Assembly (NCBI GenBank): GCA_000388065.2
Contig: KB932204.1
Strand: one strand, 5' to 3'
Length of the DNA: 64,000 bases
DNA from: Fonticula alba ATCC 38817
Lineage: Eukaryota; Protista; Nucleariida
Under the pieces are notes generated by a model. It saw only the letters and a list, made by a program, of their open reading frames with translations. It did no database searches and was not told the origin of the DNA. The position numbers and the translations under genes are program-made. Positions 59,014 through 64,000 of this stretch are shown in pieces. Position 1 is the first letter of the stretch, and every line of letters begins with the position of its first letter.

Positions 59014-62000
59014 GCAACAGCAACAGCAACAGCGGTGGGGCCGGGGCGCGCATGCTGGCCGACCCGGGCCCCGCATCGGACTTCGAATCTCCCATTCCCG
59101 ATGGCGAGGCCCCTCCGGCCGTGGAATCCTTTGTCGATGGCCAGGCCGGCTGGGCGCCGCCCTTGACCCCGATCGACCGGCATTCACGGATGAATTTCAG
59201 CACCTGGACGCGCGCGCTCGGCCGCTGGACCGGCATCACCCCGGCCCCGGCATCCCCTCGTCGGATGGAGCCCTTCCGCATCGCGGAGTACATTCCGCCC
59301 GACTCGCAGCAGCAGCAGAACCTCTGCATCGAGGACGCCCGCCAGTGCCGGGAGCTCCTCTGTCCCCCGTCCATGACCGGCAGCATCCTGCTGGTGGATG
59401 CCAAGCGCGAACGGGCCATGGGCCTCGGCCGTGGCTGGACCAACACCCTGGAGCGCGGCACGTGTGTCATCCACCGTGAGGTGGCTCGAACGGTCGGCCT
59501 GCAAGCCGGCGACCATCTGCTGGTCACTTTCCATGTGGACTCCAAGGCTACCCTCCTGCCCTACTTCCATGCCATTGGCCTGAACATCACCGAAACCGAT
59601 GAGGAATCTGGCAGCCTGGCCATGCCGTTGAACACCGTGACCGTGTCCCTGCCTTTGCGCGTGTCCGAGGTGGTTTCCTCATCGAAGGGCAAGTGGCCTT
59701 CCCGCAATCGAGACGGTGCGTGGCGCCCATCTTCCGGTCCCCTGCTGCCTACTCTGCTTTCCTCCGGGCCCCCTCCCCCCCCCCCCCCGGGAATCTGCCC
59801 TCGGTCTTTCACTGGCTGTCTAATCCTCCCCCCTCCCCCGTCCTCTTGGCCCCCATCCTGTCCATCTGTTCCCTCCCCCCCCCTCCCTCCTCCCCCCTCC
59901 TCGCCTCCCCCTCGACCGACCCTCCACGCCTGTCCCCCCTTGCGGACCACCTCGCTTCAGTCATCATCATGGACATCCACAACTTCCTGCCACTGGCCAG
60001 CAGCGGCATTGAGCCGGATGCCAAGTTCACCGAGCAAGTCCTGGCGGACCTGGCCGCGTTGGACCCACTGGTCGCCGTGGACAGCGTTCTCTTTGCCATT
60101 CCCCCGGTTGGGGAGGAGTCGCTGCGACTGAGCCAGCTCGAGGGGTACTACGATCCGGCTTTGGGGCAAACGTCGCCGGCGCTGCTCGACCGGCCCGGGC
60201 TCCAACGGCACGAGGCCTACATTCGGTCGAACTTCGACACCTCGGCGCGCGAAGTGACGCGCTGGGCCTCGCGCATTGCCACGCGCTTGGGTCTGACGCA
60301 ATTTGAAAACCAATTGCCGGTGCTCGTGGAGTACGAGGAGACGGCCTACGCCACGGCCTTCCTGAGTCTGGCCCTGAACATCATCATCATCCTCCTGGCG
60401 GCCGTGAGCGCGCTGCTGGTGGATGCGTTGTTGATTGCCGCGGCCGAGGCGCGGGCCTCCGACTGGGCCAAACTCCGGGTGTTGGGGTTGCGGCGGACGC
60501 CGCATGTGGCGGCCCTGGTGCTGATCCACGCCCTCGGGGCGGTGGGCATCCCGGCCACCGTGATCGGTCTCTGCCTGGCGCAGGCTCTCCATTCGGGGGT
60601 TGTGCGCTCGGTGCTCGGGTCCTTCGTGCCCGGGGTGACCATTGTCCGGGGGCTGACCCCGGTGGCGGTGGGAGTGGGCCTCGGGGTGGGCCTCGGGGTG
60701 CCGCTCATTGTGGCCATTCTCCCCGGCGGCCCGGTAGCCACGGCGAATGCTCCACGCCTGCACGACGCGCTGTATGCCTCCAGCCGGCCTCAAACCCAGG
60801 CCGTGGAGATCACCGTGTCCCGGTCCAACCCGGATCGCGCGCGCTCGGCACTCCTGATCACCGGCGCCCTTTTGGGCGGCTTCGGCGCCCTGGTGTACTA
60901 TGCCCTGCCGTTGGCACTGATCTCGGGCAACTTGGGCCTTCTGTTTGACATTTTCTTCATCATCCTAGCCGGCCTGATCCTCGGGTGTGTGCTTATTGCC
61001 CTGAATGCCCAGCCGCTCGTCGAGCGGGGCCTGGTCTCGGCCATGCTCTTTGTGGCCCGGTTCATCGGCGAGTCGGCGGCCACGGCGGGGCTGGTCCGGT
61101 CAAACTTGATTTCCCACCGCAAGCGGTATGCCCCCTCTTCCCTCCCTCCCTCCCCTTCCCAGCAACTGGCCGCCCCGCTTCGGGGCTGTCTCATTTTGGC
61201 CCTCTGTTCCCCTCCCCCCCCCCTCCCCCCGCCTCGGTTGCGGCCGCTCGCCCGTCACACCTTCACTGACCCTCGGCCCTCCGTCTGGCCTTTCAGCAAT
61301 CGCAAGTCCGCGTTGATCTACGCCACGTCGCTGTCGTTCGTGGTCTTCCTGGCGGTCGCCGCCGACATCGAGCTCCGGTCCATGGAGTATGAGACCATTC
61401 GTTGGTTTGGTTCGGATATTCGAATTGACTCGCGCAACATCGATCGCGGTGGCCCGACTTCCGGGATCCGCGAAGTGGAGTACGTGGCCTGCCTCCCGGC
61501 CACCATGTCTCCGGCCTTCTCGTCTGTGCCCTTTTCGATGTCTTCCTCCGGGCAATCCCACTGACAGACCCCGCGACCATGGTGCATGTACCTGCACAGG
61601 AAAATTGAGGCCTGGTGCCATGACAACCGGGATCTGATCGCCGGATGCGGGTGGATCAGCACCAGCACCTCGAATGCCCTGGTGGATAGCAGCTGGGAGT
61701 CCAACCGGCCGACGCGGCTGCAGACCGTCGGTCGGGCCATTCGCGAGGATCACTACGTGTATGGCGTCACCCCGGACCTGTTCAGTGCCTTCCCCGGGAA
61801 CATGTATGTCGAATCGCCCACCACATTGAACATGCGGCGGTCGATGCGCATGGCGACGACGGCTGAGATGGCCGCCGCGGCCGCCCAATGGGGCGCCGTC
61901 AGCTCGACGGCCGAGCAGCAGCGCGCCCTCTCCCAGGCAAAGATGGCCCACACGCCGGAGCTCCTGCTCTCCGGGGCCGGTCGAGGGCGCCTGGTCATGG

Positions 62001-63493
62001 GGTCCTACGCCCGGCAGGCTTATGGCCTGGAGCCGACGGCCATCCGAGCGGTCGAGCATGTGGCCCGCATCTGGGACACGATCCCGATCTCGCGGAACTC
62101 CTCGGCCATTCTGGTGGACGAGACCGACGGCCCGTATAAGCCGGCTCGGCGCCAGCTGTCCATCTTCCATCGTGTGCGCCCGATGGTGGGCGTCTTGACC
62201 AGGTGCGCGGTTTCATCATCCTCATTTCGGTGTATCTGGTCTTTCCAACGTTGTCCCTCTGCTGGCTCTTCCGCCACCTTCCCGGCCAATCGATCTCCTC
62301 CTGACACCCGGTCCCCTGGCCCGGCCCCCTCCAAAAGCCCCATGTTCACGGGGATGTCCAGCTCGACCGATGGGTATCGGCATTCGGTGACCTCGCTGCC
62401 GAACCAGCTGCGTTTGCTTTCCGGCTCCATCCGATCGGTATCACAGACGTGGGGCGAGTGGGATGAGGCTTTCGTCCAAGGCCCCTCGGCCTTCGGCCTG
62501 CCGCATCGGCTAGACTGGAGCGAGCGCGTTTACGAAACGGTGTCCGACTTGCCTCTGCGTACTTTCCTGGCGAAACTCCGGCCCAGTATGTGTCCCCGTT
62601 TGATGCATTTCCCCCCTGTCTCCAAGCATCGCCCCCCCCCCCCGGTTCCTGACCGACCATGCCATTGCTTTCCCCCCTCGCCGGCCGCCTTCCGCCGGGA
62701 ATGTGCCTCGGTGCTCAGACGTCACGGAGGCCCAGCTGGAGTACCTGATTGCCGCGGCTCCGACGGACTCGCAGCATGTCGTGCGCGATGTGCGCGATGA
62801 GATCCCGAGCCTGGCTGGGAATGCCCCGCTCTTGACGTTCCTCTTCCAAGGTGTTACCATCATCGTGCTGGTGGTGGCCTTCTTTGCCCTGTACACGGCC
62901 ATGGCGGCCAATGTGGCCACCCAGCGGTCGTTCCTCTTCCAAGGTGTTACCATCATCGTGCTGGTGGTGGCCTTCTTTGCCCTGTACACGGCCATGGCGG
63001 CCAATGTGGCCACCCAGCGGTCGGAGATCGGTGCCATGCGGGCCATCGGCGCCGGGCGGTGGTTTGTCTGGCGCGTGTATGCCTATGAGGCCTTTGTGCT
63101 GGTGGTGGCGTCGGCCATCCTCGGCTCGATCGTCGGGCTGCTGATCGGCTGGTCGATCAGCGCCCAGCGGGCTCTCCTGACAGGCATCCCGCTGGCTTTC
63201 CTCTTCCCCTGGTTGTCTGGCGCGTGTATGCCTATGAGGCCTTTGTGCTGGTGGTGGCGTCGGCCATCCTCGGCTCGATCGTCGGGCTGCTGATCGGCTG
63301 GTCGATCAGCGCCCAGCGGGCTCTCCTGACAGGCATCCCGCTGGCTTTCCTCTTCCCCTGGACGCTGGTCCTGACCGTGGGAGCGGGGGCGGCCCTGTCG
63401 GCCCTGCTGGCCACCGCGGTTCCGGTGGCGCATCTGGTTGCTGGTGGCAATGGCACCGTCGTGCGCATCATGCGTGGCGGAACGTCCGACTGA
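58188..63493 (+). CDS. Double-FtsX-domain (MacB/FtsX, ABC type VII) membrane permease, ~1,419 aa once the two duplications are removed; frameshifted as assembled
   Basis: Exons 58188-59715, 59961-61125, 61297-61479, 61600-62202, 62338-62585 and 62719-63493. Layout: TM (FLALLAVTIAVLAVGVAL), large extracytoplasmic domain, FtsX module 1 (LLVDALLIAAAEARASDWAKLRVLG), linker TMs, RSNLISHRKRNRKSALIY plus TM, second extracytoplasmic domain, FtsX module 2 (FALYTAMAANVATQRSEIGAMRAIG...VYAYEAFVLV...GSIVG). Confidence 0.8.
62838..63023 (+). repeat. Exact tandem duplication, 2 x 93 bp, in frame
   Basis: 62838-62930 equals 62931-63023; FLFQGVTIIVLVVAFFALYTAMAANVATQRS is encoded twice. Confidence 0.95.
63064..63361 (+). 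repeat. Exact tandem duplication, 2 x 149 bp, frameshifting
   Basis: 63064-63212 equals 63213-63361, and 149 is not a multiple of 3. Confidence 0.95.
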
Positions 63494-64000
63494 GTGTGCA
63501 CGCGCGCCGTGCGGGCGACCCCCACCGAAAAAGGTGCCGAGCGGGAGGAAGCAAGCCAACTCGAACAATGGCGCCGCGCCCCCTCTGCCTTGGTGTTCTC
63601 TCTCCCTCTCTCTCTCCCTCTCTCTCCCTCTCGTAGACATCCCCTCTTGTAGCAGTCTCCCTGATAGCCTGCTTCCTTCCTCCCCTCCCTCCTGTCCCCC
63701 TGAAAGCCGCCGGCTCCGAGTTAAGGCCGGTCGGTTAATACACGTGATGGGGCTCCTGAAATGGCGTCTCTCCATTACCCTGTGCGGGGCCGTGCCCGCG
63801 GTCGACTCTGCTCGCGGGGCCTTTCGGCGTGAGGGGGGGCCCGGGCGGCCAGTCATATGGGCGTGGTGGATAGCCGCAGCCGGCTTCCCGCCCCCCCCCC
63901 CCCCCCCCCGGCGAGCGTGTGGGGAGAATCCCCGGCTCCGGCTCTGTGTGGAAGTGGTCCTGCGTCCGGGTGGCCGGGGACGGTGGGGAATGTGCTTGGA

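Noticed and set aside
1-64000. tRNA, rRNA, hammerhead ribozyme, telomeric repeats, transposase or reverse-transcriptase ORFs
   Set aside because: No cloverleaf with a T-loop consensus, rRNA-like tract, CUGAUGA/GAAA core in stems, TTAGGG array or RT/integrase/DDE motifs were seen by eye.

Overview
Eukaryotic, GC-rich draft-assembly DNA with many short GT-AG introns (donors mostly GTGCGT/GTACGY/GTATGY, branch sites like GCTRAC). Gene content and intron style suggest an early-branching opisthokont such as Fonticula (inference, not verified). I hand-spliced 14 protein-coding genes: DDX23/Prp28-like 5' part (-), SmD3 (+), syntaxin-16 (+), YOP1/REEP5 (-), two-BIR Bir1-like (+), RPS9 (+), AP-1 sigma (-), TTC36 (+), BAP31/Yet (-), a ~1,900-aa membrane-anchored MpaB/DUF2236 oxygenase-like protein (+), METTL9 (-), Vip1-like RRM protein (+), PI-PLC (-) and a double-FtsX (MacB-type ABC) permease (+). 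I saw no rRNA, tRNA, CRISPR array or recognisable transposon. Most ORFs in the supplied track are GC-driven shadow frames. The most interesting items are the bacterial-type FtsX permease with no ATPase in the window, the giant oxygenase with a cluster of PKA-type RRxS sites, a PLC whose Ca2+-ligand Glu is replaced by Val, and a cryptic frameshifting 3' splice site in RPS9 intron 1. The window also has assembly problems: an embedded Illumina adapter between two 100-bp repeats, two exact tandem duplications in the permease gene, and seven N gaps.
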